Of a stretch of DNA of 26,738 nt, positions 1 through 9,313 are shown piece by piece. The stretch is taken from assembly GCA_036266515.1 (NCBI GenBank), contig DATAMV010000111.1:1-26738 (forward strand), read 5' to 3'. The DNA is from Candidatus Saccharimonadia bacterium (GTDB taxonomy: Bacteria; Patescibacteriota; Saccharimonadia; UBA4664). Position numbers and translations under genes: made by a program. The notes under the pieces were generated by a model, which saw nothing but the letters and a program-made list of their open reading frames with translations, had not been told where the DNA came from and did not search any database. How positions within the stretch are numbered: the first letter of the stretch is position 1; each line of letters begins with the position of its first letter.

Positions 1-78
1 TTCCAAACCGCCACCATACTCCAATACCGTAGTCATATAGAAAGCGACTCTAAGAGGTTGCGAATTTTTAGACTTCAA
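1..78 (-). CDS. Glycosyltransferase family 4 protein, N-terminal fragment (runs off left edge)
   Basis: Not in the ORF track. TTG at 78 overlaps the upstream TGA (TTGA, 4-bp overlap). Reads MKSKNSQPLRVAFYMTTVLEYGGGLE, matching the GT-B/GT4 N-terminal 'K/R-I/V-A-F...GGxE' pattern. Only 26 codons visible. Confidence 0.65.
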   Translation of the reverse strand, partial: MKSKNSQPLRVAFYMTTVLEYGGGLE

Positions 79-920
79 CGCTCCGCGTGTCCCTTGGACT
101 GCGAAGATGTAGTAAGAAGTCCGGCGGCGCCGGCGGCATATTCGGCGGTTTTCATGAATAGCATCCCCAGGCCGGTAAATGGATTGCGCAGGAGCCGGCC
201 CGGCCGGGACAGAAACAGTTTGTAGCGCTGAAGTGGGCCGGCGTTGGCTGTAAGCATGGAACTGGTTTGGGATTTTTGGAGATAGGCCTTGGCGTGCTGG
301 GCGTAGTAGTATTTTTTGCGCAGCGTGCCGATGAGGCTAATGTGGCCTTCATTGTGGCGGATAAATTCCGAGACGCGGGCGATGGGGCCTTGAGCCCTAG
401 CGCGGTTGGACAAGTCCCAGTCCTCGCCGGCTACCAGCGTTTCATCGTAGCCACCTAGGTCCTGGTAAGTTTTGCGGGTGAAGAAGCGGGCGGCTTCGAT
501 GTCGTCGCTGCCCACGTAATACGAGCGTTCGAGGGCTTTGCACTGAGCCCAAAAACCCTCGCCAAACGATTGTTCGGGGATAATGACGCCTTTGGGCTGC
601 GGATCCGTCGCCATTGCCTGGACGCAGGCTTCAACCACTTTGGGCGTGAGTTCCATATCCGAATCGATGATGGCCACATATTCGCCTTTAGCTTTGGACA
701 CGCCAAAGTTGCGCTGGGCCGAGCGCTCGGGACCATGGTTGTAGACATGCGGGGTGTAGTCTTTCGCGATGGTCTTGGTAGCGTCCTGCGAGTCGCGGTC
801 GACCACGATGGTTTCGATGTGGGGGTAGGTTTGGGTCGTTACGGAGGCAAGACAAGCTTTCAGGGTTTTACCTGAATTACGGGTCGGTATGATGATGGAA
901 ATAAGGGGTTGGGCAGGCAT
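75..920 (-). CDS. Glycosyltransferase family 2 (GT-A fold)
   Basis: ISIIIPTRN start, VVDRDSQD, ERSAQRNFG, DxD-type IIDSD, GGYDETLVAGEDWDL motif; 281 aa. Confidence 0.92.
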   Translation of the reverse strand: MPAQPLISIIIPTRNSGKTLKACLASVTTQTYPHIETIVVDRDSQDATKTIAKDYTPHVYNHGPERSAQRNFGVSKAKGEYVAIIDSDMELTPKVVEACVQAMATDPQPKGVIIPEQSFGEGFWAQCKALERSYYVGSDDIEAARFFTRKTYQDLGGYDETLVAGEDWDLSNRARAQGPIARVSEFIRHNEGHISLIGTLRKKYYYAQHAKAYLQKSQTSSMLTANAGPLQRYKLFLSRPGRLLRNPFTGLGMLFMKTAEYAAGAAGLLTTSSQSKGHAER

Positions 921-937
921 TGTTTGTTAGTCTACCA
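921..937 (-). promoter_or_regulatory. Extended -10 promoter (TG-G-TAGACT) 8 nt upstream of the GT2 ATG; likely leaderless
   Basis: Minus strand reads TGG TAGACT AACAAACA ATG; no SD. Confidence 0.5.
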
Positions 938-996
938 AAGCTGAGGGCGCCAGTGCCGTGGCAATATTACAAGGATCGGGGGCGTTATTTTTGGGA

Positions 997-2118
997 TTAT
1001 TGGTGATTTTGGCCTATTCCCAGGGCTCCGGCGAAGTCTTTATATGACTGGTCGAAATTGAGGGACTTACTCCACTCCCAGCCGGCAGAACGCATGCGCT
1101 CATAACGCGCGGGGTCCCCGAGCAATTCCTGGACCGAGGCCGCCAGGGCCGCCGGCGTGTTGGCAGAGGTGACGAGGCCGGTCGTGCCGGCGCGCACGCT
1201 ATCCCTGAGGCCGTCCACATCGTAGACCACCGCGGGCGTACCTTGGCTCGCGGCCTCCGTGACGACCAGTCCCCAACCTTCTTTGACGCTCGTAACCAGC
1301 AGGGCGTGGCACTTTCGCATGAGGGTAATTTTTTCCGCCTCGGTTGTGCGGCCGGCGTACTTGATGCTATCGGCGTGGGGGCTGGCTTTGATGTAACTCA
1401 AAACCTGTTGGCCATAGGCGCCGGTGGCGTCGCCGGAAACAATGAGGCGCAGGTTTGGGATGTAGGCTTTGGCTAGCTCGAAAGCTTTGATTTGGTCGAG
1501 GGTGCGTTTCATGGGCCGGATAGAGCCGTGAGACAACAGGGTAGGCTCGGGGAATTTTGGAACGCTCCCGAGGCTAGCAACGGGAGCGAGCTGGATAGCC
1601 TCGGATATGAGGCTGATGTTGCCCGCGGTGTAGCCGTGGCGCATGAGGTCTTTTTTGGTCGATTCGGAAACCGTTATCACGTGGTTTCCGCGGTTTAGCA
1701 GGCGCAGGTAGAGTGGCTCAAGCAAGTAGCCAATGGTGGAAAATGGCTGCGGTAATTCATAAAACCAGATCCGGCGGCAGAGCATGTGGAAAAACAGCAC
1801 GGTGCGGGTGCGGGCGTAAAAACCGGCGAAAAACGGCATGGTGTTGCACTCGTCGATCACGAGATCGGCGGCGAGCTCGGCACGGTGGCGGCGGAAGTAG
1901 GCGCCGGCCGCGAGGTAGCAGCTGAAGCGGTTGCCGGTGCGGATGACGCGAAAACCCCGGCGCTCGGTCGTGGGGGCGCCGCCGGGAAAGCCGGCCACCA
2001 GAAACGTCACAGTGTGACCGGCGGCGGCTAGACGGGCCGCGAGCTCTTCATTGACCACCTCCGCGCCGCCGGCTTGGGGATGGTCGAGGTCTTTGAAGTT
2101 AAACCAGACAATGTTCAC
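997..2118 (-). CDS. Glycosyltransferase family 4 (GT-B fold)
   Basis: N-terminal HPQAGGAE; C-terminal KEGWGLVVTEAASQGTPAVVYDVDGLRDSV (E-x7-E GT4 motif); GTG start overlaps the upstream stop (GTGA). Confidence 0.93.
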   Translation of the reverse strand: MNIVWFNFKDLDHPQAGGAEVVNEELAARLAAAGHTVTFLVAGFPGGAPTTERRGFRVIRTGNRFSCYLAAGAYFRRHRAELAADLVIDECNTMPFFAGFYARTRTVLFFHMLCRRIWFYELPQPFSTIGYLLEPLYLRLLNRGNHVITVSESTKKDLMRHGYTAGNISLISEAIQLAPVASLGSVPKFPEPTLLSHGSIRPMKRTLDQIKAFELAKAYIPNLRLIVSGDATGAYGQQVLSYIKASPHADSIKYAGRTTEAEKITLMRKCHALLVTSVKEGWGLVVTEAASQGTPAVVYDVDGLRDSVRAGTTGLVTSANTPAALAASVQELLGDPARYERMRSAGWEWSKSLNFDQSYKDFAGALGIGQNHQ

Positions 2119-3107
2119 ACCTCAACCGTTTCGCGCATACGCCGGGGCTCGAAGGCGTTCATGGCCTCGCGACGAGCCACATACAGCGGCCGGTTCATGA
2201 CTTCGGCGTGGATGGTGGCAATGTAGAGCGCCATGAGACCAAGTGATACCAGGATAATGCCGACGAGAAACAGCAGAATGACGGCCAGGATGGCGGGGCC
2301 AGAGAAATTCATGCCCCAAACGTCGTGCATGGCGTATTTTTCGACAAAGATAAACAGGCCGAGCGGGCCGGAAACCAGCATAATGACGCCACCTAGATAC
2401 CCAGCTAATTTCAGCGGGAACAGGCTCATTGAGACCACGGAATTAATGGCCAGGCCGATGAGTTTGAGGTAGCTATAGGCAGCCTCTCCGGCGTGGCGGC
2501 GGGCTGGGGTAAATTCGATGTAGGAGCGGCGGAAGCCGAGCCAGTCGATCAGGCCGCGGGTGATACGGTTGCGCTCGGTGAAGCGGTTGAATTCATTGAT
2601 GACCGCGCGGTCGAGAAGGCGGTAGTCGGTGGCGTTGGCCACGATTTTAACGGTGCTGATGCGATTGATGAGCTTGTAAAACATTTTGCTCGTGACCCGC
2701 TTCATGAGGGGTGCGTGGCGCTGTCCCCCGCCGCGCACACCGATGACTACCTCATACCCGGCCCGCCAGCGGCTGATGAAATCGGGGATGAGGGCCGGCG
2801 GGTGCTGCAAGTCGGCGTCCAAGCAAATAGCGGCCTGGCCACGGGCAGCATGCAGGCCGGCGGTAATGGCGATTTCCTTGCCGAAGTTGCGCACAAGTTC
2901 AATGACGCGCACCCGCGGGTCGGTTTCGGCGAAACCACGAGCCTGGCTCACGGTGTCGTCGGTGCTGCCGTCGTCTACGAAAATAAACTCAAATGACGTG
3001 CTGGCTTCGGCACTGCAAACTTCCCGCAACGACTGAAAGAGCGCGCGGAGGTTTTGGGATTCATTGTGGCAGGGAATGATGACGCTAATGAGTTCTCGAT
3101 TTGGCAT
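2115..3107 (-). CDS. Polyprenyl-phosphate glycosyltransferase, GT2 (GtrB/ArnC/DPM1-like) with two C-terminal TM helices
   Basis: ISVIIPCHNE, FVDDGSTD, RNFGKEIAITAG, DADLQHPP, DYRLLDR, two hydrophobic C-terminal segments. Confidence 0.92.
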   Translation of the reverse strand: MPNRELISVIIPCHNESQNLRALFQSLREVCSAEASTSFEFIFVDDGSTDDTVSQARGFAETDPRVRVIELVRNFGKEIAITAGLHAARGQAAICLDADLQHPPALIPDFISRWRAGYEVVIGVRGGGQRHAPLMKRVTSKMFYKLINRISTVKIVANATDYRLLDRAVINEFNRFTERNRITRGLIDWLGFRRSYIEFTPARRHAGEAAYSYLKLIGLAINSVVSMSLFPLKLAGYLGGVIMLVSGPLGLFIFVEKYAMHDVWGMNFSGPAILAVILLFLVGIILVSLGLMALYIATIHAEVMNRPLYVARREAMNAFEPRRMRETVEV

Positions 3108-4434
3108 AGGGCTTGATAGAATTCCTCATTAGGCGGCGCACGCTGTCTAATGCGCGTACCGCAAGTATGGCGAGCGAGCCACACAGGAGACTATCAACCA
3201 CCGCGCCGGGTGTTGCATGGTGCATTATGACGATAGTGGCCATAATAATTGCGCCAAAAATTGCAATAATGGCGGCGCTGGGACGACGCAGCGCTAAGTC
3301 ATAACTAAATAACAAACTGATAAATGCCATGGCAAAGAGGGCAAAGCTAAGTCTGGGTAAAAGTGAAATGAATTGGGCATATTTACTACCAATGAGTGTT
3401 TCAACTACTAAACGTGGTGCCAAAACAAACACGAGGAGCGCTGCGCCGCCGATGGCGCCTTGGAGCATCGCAGAGCGTAGGAGCAGGCGGCGGTTGGTGG
3501 CCGGGGAGGCGCCCAGTTTGATGCTCGAAAGCAACACCGCCGAAACCGATCCGGTGAGGAAATAGATGATGCGCGCGATGGTGGAAATACCGGCGTATTG
3601 GCCGGCAATGACGGCTGGGAAATAGTGCTTAACGGCGATGATGTCGAAGCTAAACAGGGTAGTAGAAACAAGCGACACGACCAAGACCAGCCCGGCGTAT
3701 GGCAGGTGGGGGCGAATGAGCGCGATGTCTGGCCGGCGCCACAGTTTTTTGGCAGTGGCGGGCCGGTGCAGGCCGTGGCGGTGGGCCTGCCAGGCCGCGT
3801 AGGCCATGGCGAGCAGCTGGGCCGCCACCAAACCACCCATGGCGCCGAGGGTGCGCCAGCCCAGGAGCACGAAACCGGCCGAGAATATGATTTTGGCCAG
3901 CGAGCCTACGGCGCCGGCAATCGAAATCTGGCCAAAGGCCGAGCGGCCACGCAGGTAGGCATTGCGCAGTGCCCCGGGCACACTCACGAGGAGGGCCAGA
4001 CCGAGCACAAGAAACGGGCCGGCGTGCTCAAACTGCAGGAAAGATTTGAGCTGCGGGATGAAAACGAGCATAAGGCCGAGCACGGCCAGGGTGATGAGGG
4101 TGGCGGCATGCTCCAGCTCGTAGATGATACGGTTGCGCAGCTCGGCGTCGCGTTCGTTGGCCACAATATTGACGGCCACATTCGTAACCACGCTCAGGAA
4201 AATGGTGGCCTGCAAAAACAGTGACACCAGGGTTTGGGTTTCACCGAAGTCGCTCGTGTCCATGAGGCGGCCGAGCACGGGATAGTACAAATAGTTGAGC
4301 GCGCTTACCGCTAGCGAACCAACGAAAAAGACGGCGTTATGCCGCAGAAATTCGCTTCCGCGTAGCGTGCGCACTAACTGGCTAAGACGTTTTACCACCT
4401 CCTCAGGGTACACGCACAGGCTAGGGTTGGACAA
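3085..4434 (-). CDS. Oligosaccharide flippase (Wzx/MOP superfamily); true start may be downstream (e.g. GTG 4398)
   Basis: About 12 hydrophobic segments; Wzx-like opening 'NAVFFVGSLAVSALNYLYYPVLGRLMDTSDFG' and 'HYFPAVIAGQYAGISTIAR'; heads a glycosyltransferase cluster. Confidence 0.88.
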   Translation of the reverse strand: MSNPSLCVYPEEVVKRLSQLVRTLRGSEFLRHNAVFFVGSLAVSALNYLYYPVLGRLMDTSDFGETQTLVSLFLQATIFLSVVTNVAVNIVANERDAELRNRIIYELEHAATLITLAVLGLMLVFIPQLKSFLQFEHAGPFLVLGLALLVSVPGALRNAYLRGRSAFGQISIAGAVGSLAKIIFSAGFVLLGWRTLGAMGGLVAAQLLAMAYAAWQAHRHGLHRPATAKKLWRRPDIALIRPHLPYAGLVLVVSLVSTTLFSFDIIAVKHYFPAVIAGQYAGISTIARIIYFLTGSVSAVLLSSIKLGASPATNRRLLLRSAMLQGAIGGAALLVFVLAPRLVVETLIGSKYAQFISLLPRLSFALFAMAFISLLFSYDLALRRPSAAIIAIFGAIIMATIVIMHHATPGAVVDSLLCGSLAILAVRALDSVRRLMRNSIKPYAKSRTH

Positions 4435-4489
4435 ATTAGGTACAAAAATGGTAGTATTTATCAGTTCAAAAGCAGCACCGCCACATCAT

Positions 4490-4564
4490 GGTCCCATCGT
4501 CTAGCGGTTAGGACATCGGGTTTTCATCCCGGCAACCGGGGTTCGACTCCCCGTGGGACTACCA
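4490..4564 (+). tRNA. tRNA-Glu (anticodon TTC), encoded CCA
   Basis: Cloverleaf by eye: acceptor GGTCCCA/TGGGACT, D-arm TCTAGCGGTTAGGA, anticodon arm TCGGG-TT-TTC-AT-CCCGG, T-arm CGGGG-TTCGACT-CCCCG, ends ACCA; 75 nt. Confidence 0.97.
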
Positions 4565-4574
4565 GGAATTATTT

Positions 4575-4602
4575 AAAAAGAGGCCTCCCGGGGCCTCTTT
4601 TT
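4575..4602. terminator. Bidirectional intrinsic terminator after tRNA-Glu
   Basis: AAAAAGAGGCC-tcccgg-GGCCTCTTTTT: perfect 11-bp inverted repeat with A/T tracts on both sides. Confidence 0.88.
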
Positions 4603-4614
4603 GTTGGAATCCAT

Positions 4615-4643
4615 TTTACAATCGGACGGAGCAGAAGCATTAT
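4615..4643 (+). promoter_or_regulatory. Sigma70-like promoter for the 7TM gene (TTTACA-17-CATTAT)
   Basis: -35 at 4615-4620, -10 at 4638-4643, 9 nt before ATG 4653. Confidence 0.4.
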
Positions 4644-4652
4644 AGGGGTACG

Positions 4653-5417
4653 ATGACTATTCCAATCACTGCTATCTCAATGTCCACCGGCGCCTTAGTG
4701 TTTTTCTTGGCCTGGTGGTACGTCGGCTACCGGGGCCACCAGGCGGGCCGGGTGATTTCCCGGCCGATTCAGATGTTCCGGCAGTTTTTCTTATACATGG
4801 GAATCTTTCTCAGCATCAGCGCGTCGGCGCATTTGTGGCTGATGTTTAAGCCCGAAGCGTTTCCGGTGGCTGCGGCTTGGGCGTTTACTATTGGCCATAT
4901 CTTCACGTACTTGGCCCTGATCGCGCTGGCCCGCATGACGTGTGCGCTGGTGCCGAAGCTTGCAACCCGGGAGACCGGCGTCGTCATTACCCTGGGGATT
5001 GCGGCGGCGCTCGTGACCGTGATTACGGCGAAGACCATGATCTGGGGTACGCTCCCCTACTATGACTACGCGCACCACGTCACGATCAATAACGCGGCGA
5101 GAGCGGTAGGCGTGTCCATTGGCGTGCTCACGCTTATCACCATGCTACCGGTGCTGGTGATGTTTATCGTGTTCGCAGCGCAGTCGGACGGGGCGCGGCG
5201 CCTGCGGTCACTGCTACTAGCTAGCGGCATGGTTGTACTGATCGTTTCCGGCACTATCCACAACATCGCCCGCAATGGTGAGGTCTACATCCTCGGCGAT
5301 GTCCTGTCGATCTTGGGGGTGTTTGTGCTCGGTACCGGCGTGCTTTACCGGCTGGAGCAAAGCATTGCCCCGGCGGCTCGGAAGCCGGTACGCGCGGCCT
5401 CATCCAATACCGTTTAG
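4653..5417 (+). CDS. Stand-alone 7TM membrane protein, resembling the N-terminal 7TM sensor region of histidine kinases
   Basis: Seven hydrophobic segments; basic 'RRLRSLLLASG' before TM6 parallels 'KERVRYVATG' in the 7TM region of the kinase at 21358-23535; no cytoplasmic output domain. Confidence 0.7.
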   Translation: MTIPITAISMSTGALVFFLAWWYVGYRGHQAGRVISRPIQMFRQFFLYMGIFLSISASAHLWLMFKPEAFPVAAAWAFTIGHIFTYLALIALARMTCALVPKLATRETGVVITLGIAAALVTVITAKTMIWGTLPYYDYAHHVTINNAARAVGVSIGVLTLITMLPVLVMFIVFAAQSDGARRLRSLLLASGMVVLIVSGTIHNIARNGEVYILGDVLSILGVFVLGTGVLYRLEQSIAPAARKPVRAASSNTV

Positions 5418-5604
5418 CCCCGCCGCGGGATTCTTTTGGCAGAACGACCGGACGGGTTCCTTACTTAATCAAGGCGATAGTTGCTTGTATGGGGCGGCTT
5501 ATTTTTTGCGGTTAAGCTTAGAATTCGTTACTCCAGCCAATGCCGGCCTGGTATCCGGAAGCTATGATGCATCACGTCATACCAATAACGACAAGGAGGT
5601 AGTG

Positions 5605-5631
5605 ATGGCGGATTTGGAAAAGGATCTCTAA
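5605..5631 (+). CDS. Putative 8-aa upstream ORF (MADLEKDL) or remnant of a truncated gene
   Basis: Perfect SD AAGGAGGT at 5593-5600, ATG 5605, TAA 5629-5631. Confidence 0.35.
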   Translation: MADLEKDL

Positions 5632-5656
5632 AAGCTAACTTTGTTTGATACCGAAG

Positions 5657-5688
5657 CTATTACGGGCAGGATGACCTGCTCGTAATAG
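5657..5688 (+). terminator. 14-bp stem-loop upstream of the Fet4-like gene (possible terminator/attenuator)
   Basis: CTATTACGGGCAGG-atga-CCTGCTCGTAATAG (one G.U pair), followed by TACCTTTT; the U-tract is weak. Confidence 0.5.
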
Positions 5689-5728
5689 TACCTTTTGATA
5701 ATTTTAACCGTCCTGCCAAGGAGGAGAC

Positions 5729-6115
5729 GTGGCCAAACCCCGTAAACCTGACCTATTCACCCGTTTTACAACCGCCGTTTCCGTTGCTATTGGCCGCCCG
5801 TGGGTGTTTGTGGTGGCGCTGGGAATTCTGATCCTGTGGGGCGTTAGCGGTCCTCTGCTGGGTTTTTCGGATACGTGGCAGCTCATCATTAACACCGGCA
5901 CCACGATCATTACGTTCCTGATGGTTTTCATTATTCAAAACACGCAAAACCGCGACCAGCTGGCGGCCAACATCAAACTGGTGGCAATTATGCGCAAGCT
6001 CAACATTACGGCCGAGGATTTGCTGCAAGCCGAGGATGAAAGCGACAAAAAACTCGAACAAGACAAACGCAAACTTGAGCACAACCGCAAGGCCCGCGCC
6101 AAGCGCAAACGATAA
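5729..6115 (+). CDS. Low-affinity iron permease (Fet4-like) family small membrane protein
   Basis: Signature 'FSDTWQLIINTGTTIITFLMVFIIQNTQNRD'; SD AAGGAGG before GTG. Confidence 0.88.
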   Translation: MAKPRKPDLFTRFTTAVSVAIGRPWVFVVALGILILWGVSGPLLGFSDTWQLIINTGTTIITFLMVFIIQNTQNRDQLAANIKLVAIMRKLNITAEDLLQAEDESDKKLEQDKRKLEHNRKARAKRKR

Positions 6116-6124
6116 GGAGGATTT

Positions 6125-7021
6125 ATGGCCCATGACCAACACCAAATGCAGGACCCCACCAAGCAGCATCCCAAGCCACCGTTTGATACACCGATGCAGC
6201 CCGAGCCGGGGCTGGCCAGTAAGATGCGGCCAAAACCTGATCACGGGGAAGACAGCTACCGAGGTAGCGAGCGGCTCAAGGGCCGCAAAGCCCTAGTGAC
6301 CGGCGGTGATTCCGGCATTGGGCGGGCGGTGGCGATCGCATTTGCGCGCGAGGGGGCCGATGTGGTCATAACCTACTTGCCCGACGAGCAAAGCGACGCC
6401 GATGAGGCCATGGTGTCGCTTCAGGCCACCGGCCAAAACGTCGCTGTCATACCGGGCGATCTGACGGACGAAAAATTCTGCCGGCGGCTGGTGGAGCAGG
6501 CTGTGGAGAAATTGGGCGGCCTGGATATCCTGGCAAATGTGGCCGGCAAGCAAATCTCCCAGGAAGCGATCGCCGACCTCACCACCGAGCAGTTTAAGCA
6601 AACGTTCACCGTGAACGTGTATGCCATGTTTTGGCTTTGCAAATATGCCTTACCGCACATGGCGGCGGGGGCCACCATCATTAATACATCATCGATCCAG
6701 GCTTACCAACCGTCACCCTCGCTGCTGGATTATGCGCCCACGAAGGCCGCCATCCGGGCATTCACACAGGCTCTGGCAAAGCAGGTGGCGGGCAAGGGAA
6801 TCCGGGTGAATGCCGTAGCGCCCGGGCCGGTCTGGACACCGCTCCAGCCGAGCGGGGGCCAGCCTCCGGAAAAGGTGGCCAAGTTTGGTTCGAACACGCC
6901 TCTCGGCCGGCCCGGGCAACCCGCCGAGGTGGCGCCGGCCTATGTGTTCCTCGCCTCGCAGGAATCAAGCTACATCACCGGCGAAATGCTGGGCGTCACC
7001 GGCGGACAGCATCTAAGCTAA
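6125..7021 (+). CDS. SDR-family NAD(P)-dependent oxidoreductase (YdaD/YghA-like general stress type)
   Basis: TGGDSGIG Rossmann motif, YAPTK (YxxxK), [10 protein letters not shown], Pro-rich N-terminal extension '[22 protein letters not shown]'; SD AAGGAGG. Confidence 0.93.
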   Translation: MAHDQHQMQDPTKQHPKPPFDTPMQPEPGLASKMRPKPDHGEDSYRGSERLKGRKALVTGGDSGIGRAVAIAFAREGADVVITYLPDEQSDADEAMVSLQATGQNVAVIPGDLTDEKFCRRLVEQAVEKLGGLDILANVAGKQISQEAIADLTTEQFKQTFTVNVYAMFWLCKYALPHMAAGATIINTSSIQAYQPSPSLLDYAPTKAAIRAFTQALAKQVAGKGIRVNAVAPGPVWTPLQPSGGQPPEKVAKFGSNTPLGRPGQPAEVAPAYVFLASQESSYITGEMLGVTGGQHLS

Positions 7022-8520
7022 GGCTGCGGCAGTCCATAAGGTTTGAGCTCGGCAGCCTTGTCTTGAAGCAAGTTCCTAGCCTGGTCGCGGGAGGAGTTCC
7101 ACGACTGCCAATGGGGAGCCGGTGCTTCAACCTCGCTGCGGCGGTAAAGCTCTTCTCCGAGCGTTTGTTTATCGTCGCGGGAGGTGGCCTCGAAAGCCGC
7201 GATGAGTTGCGGGAGGGCGTCGTCGGACAGCCGGGCGAGGTAGGCGCTATCAATCTTGCCGGTAGAGTGGAAGCGGTCGAGGTTGGCGCGGGCAATGAAG
7301 GCGTCGGGGCTTAGCAAATTCATAGCCACCACAAAGGCAATCACCGCAATGAAGGCCGGTAGCGCGAATATGGGCTCTGAGGCGTCTTTGAGGATTTTGT
7401 ACAGGAGGATGAGGAAGATTACGGCCAGCAGCACGGTGAACGCGTGACTGTAAAGGCGCAGGGTCGTGAAACCGTAGGCTTGTTCGTACAAGTACAAGCG
7501 CTTGAAGGCTGAGGCCATGATAAGGATCACTTGCAGCACAAGCGCGCCGGAAAGCAGCCGGAACGCGCGGGTGTGGCCGGCTTTGCCCTTGGCTACAAAT
7601 TGGTCCCCCGCCCATGCCAGCCCAAAGGTTAGGAGCGCTACGGCAATGAGCTCAAAGAAGCCTTTGCGCGCGTATTCGGCGTAGGTAAAGCCTTGGGCCG
7701 AGATATTGTGCTGCCCGCCAAACAGGTAGGCAAACTGGATCACGATGAAGGCAAAGAACAGCACATTGAGGGAGCCGAACAAGATTGAGCTTTCGATGGG
7801 GCCGAGCACGCGGGACTTGGGTGCCGGCGCGGGCGCCTCTTCGGTTTTGCCGGAGCGGATCAGGGTGTAGCTGTAGGCGCCTATGAGACCAAGCGTGGCA
7901 ATGCCGACCAGCACTACGCGCACCAGGGTCTGGGGAGTGATGCTGAAATTAAACAGGGACGTGAGGTAGCGGTGTACCACCAGGTCGGCAGACGAGAACA
8001 GCAGCACGAAGATCACGAGGAACGGTACCGTGAGCGCAATGCCTTTGAGCACCTGGACGGTGGTGGGCTGGTTCTTGGCGGCGCGCGGCAGGGCCACGAG
8101 CTCAGCCAGGGTTTTGCCGAGTGGTGGGCTGAATTTTAGCACCAGCAGCGGCACGCGCAGGTATTGGCCGACGCCGTAGCTCGTTAATTTGGGTCCAAAT
8201 GACACCGCCGCGATCAAGAGCATGAGCGCTACGGTTGCGCCGAGGTTTAGCAGCGTGAGCAGGTCGCTCGTGTGCACGGCCACCATAATGCTAAAGAATG
8301 CCAGAGGTACCAGCAGCCAGAGGACGGCCTTGGCCACCGGCTGGCGCAGGGCAGCGCGGAGTACAAAAAAGCCGCCCATAACGGCGGCCACGTACAACGG
8401 AAAAGACAGCCCAGGCATTTGGTGCCAAAACATCACATCAAACAGGATGCCCAGCATGAGTGACACGCCAGTAATGGCTAGGGCCGCGGTGAATGTTTTT
8501 GGCTGGTCTGAACGTTTCAT
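7018..8520 (-). CDS. DUF4153/DUF4173-family polytopic membrane protein (start likely ATG 8520; ORF extends to 8532)
   Basis: Motifs '[13 protein letters not shown]', '[19 protein letters not shown]', '[10 protein letters not shown]', 'YLARLSDDA'; TG-G-TACAGT lies 10 nt upstream of ATG 8520. Confidence 0.8.
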   Translation of the reverse strand: MKRSDQPKTFTAALAITGVSLMLGILFDVMFWHQMPGLSFPLYVAAVMGGFFVLRAALRQPVAKAVLWLLVPLAFFSIMVAVHTSDLLTLLNLGATVALMLLIAAVSFGPKLTSYGVGQYLRVPLLVLKFSPPLGKTLAELVALPRAAKNQPTTVQVLKGIALTVPFLVIFVLLFSSADLVVHRYLTSLFNFSITPQTLVRVVLVGIATLGLIGAYSYTLIRSGKTEEAPAPAPKSRVLGPIESSILFGSLNVLFFAFIVIQFAYLFGGQHNISAQGFTYAEYARKGFFELIAVALLTFGLAWAGDQFVAKGKAGHTRAFRLLSGALVLQVILIMASAFKRLYLYEQAYGFTTLRLYSHAFTVLLAVIFLILLYKILKDASEPIFALPAFIAVIAFVVAMNLLSPDAFIARANLDRFHSTGKIDSAYLARLSDDALPQLIAAFEATSRDDKQTLGEELYRRSEVEAPAPHWQSWNSSRDQARNLLQDKAAELKPYGLPQP

Positions 8521-8570
8521 TGTGGCCATCACTGTACCACAATATGAAGAGTTTTTCCAGATGTGGGAGT

Positions 8571-8732
8571 CTACTTTTTCTTCGGCGCCCGGGGCACTTT
8601 CTCCCCTTCTTCGCGGGCCTTGCTCAGGCCCACGGCGATAGCCTGTTTGCGGCTTTCGAATTTACCTTCGTGTTTGTGTTCGTGAAGCATTTTTCCGACT
8701 TCCTCTTGGGCTTTGGGTCCGTATTTAGCCAT
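8571..8732 (-). CDS. Small basic protein, DUF6496-like (53 aa)
   Basis: MAKYGPKAQ...SRKQAIAVGLSKAREEGEKVP signature; SD AAGGAGGT upstream of ATG 8732 (the track's 8756 start is probably too long). Confidence 0.8.
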   Translation of the reverse strand: MAKYGPKAQEEVGKMLHEHKHEGKFESRKQAIAVGLSKAREEGEKVPRAPKKK

Positions 8733-8797
8733 GACGTGCACCTCCTTTATCACCATTTAAGGATGCGGTCGGAGCCCATGTAATTCTTTGGACGAAT

Positions 8798-9313
8798 TTA
8801 TAGAAATACGTCCACGTCGGCCTCGAGCAGAATGAGAGCCCGGCCGGTGGACTGGTAGGCAGTGGCGCCCCGGACCTCGAAGCCAAGGCCGGTGTAATAC
8901 TTTACGAGTCCATCCGGTACCGCTACCGTATCGCCGCGCAAAAGTGACCGCCGGTTTGCGCGGGCTTGCTCTGCCGCAAACCGGAGCATGCGCCGACCTA
9001 CTTGTGGCGGCGCGGAAGCCGGGTCTTTGATGAGTTTGTGGCAATATAGTGCCTTCCCGTCCCGGCCTGCATTCCCCCAGACGCTACTGTGGTCGGACAG
9101 GCAAATGGATGCAACGATCGTGCCACTCGGGCCACGCAGGACGTGACACCTCCCCGCTTCAACGGCCCGCTGGAGGTCTTTGTACGCCATATCGACAGCG
9201 TTCCACGTGCGGGTTCCGGACCGGGCCAGCGAATAGTCATTGGCCGCATCGAACAACCGTTTTAGCTCGGGAAAATCAGCAGCCTGGGCCGGCTGGATTG
9301 CTAGGCCGGCCAT
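8798..9313 (-). CDS. GNAT-family N-acetyltransferase
   Basis: Motif A-like 'QVGRRMLRFA', 'LVKYYTGLGF'; start overlaps the kinase stop region. Confidence 0.8.
   Translation of the reverse strand: MAGLAIQPAQAADFPELKRLFDAANDYSLARSGTRTWNAVDMAYKDLQRAVEAGRCHVLRGPSGTIVASICLSDHSSVWGNAGRDGKALYCHKLIKDPASAPPQVGRRMLRFAAEQARANRRSLLRGDTVAVPDGLVKYYTGLGFEVRGATAYQSTGRALILLEADVDVFL

Noticed and set aside
4490-4560. G1.U72 wobble in the tRNA-Glu acceptor stem
   Set aside because: Wobble pairs near the acceptor end are not unusual in bacterial tRNA-Glu; not evidence of anything novel.
4653-5417. Possible microbial rhodopsin (7 TM, D-V in helix 7)
   Set aside because: No Lys at the DxxxK retinal-binding position and no helix-C opsin motif.
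5275-5631. 118-aa + strand ORF
   Set aside because: Overlaps the 7TM gene out of frame and has non-protein-like composition; only its last 8 codons follow an SD (reported separately).
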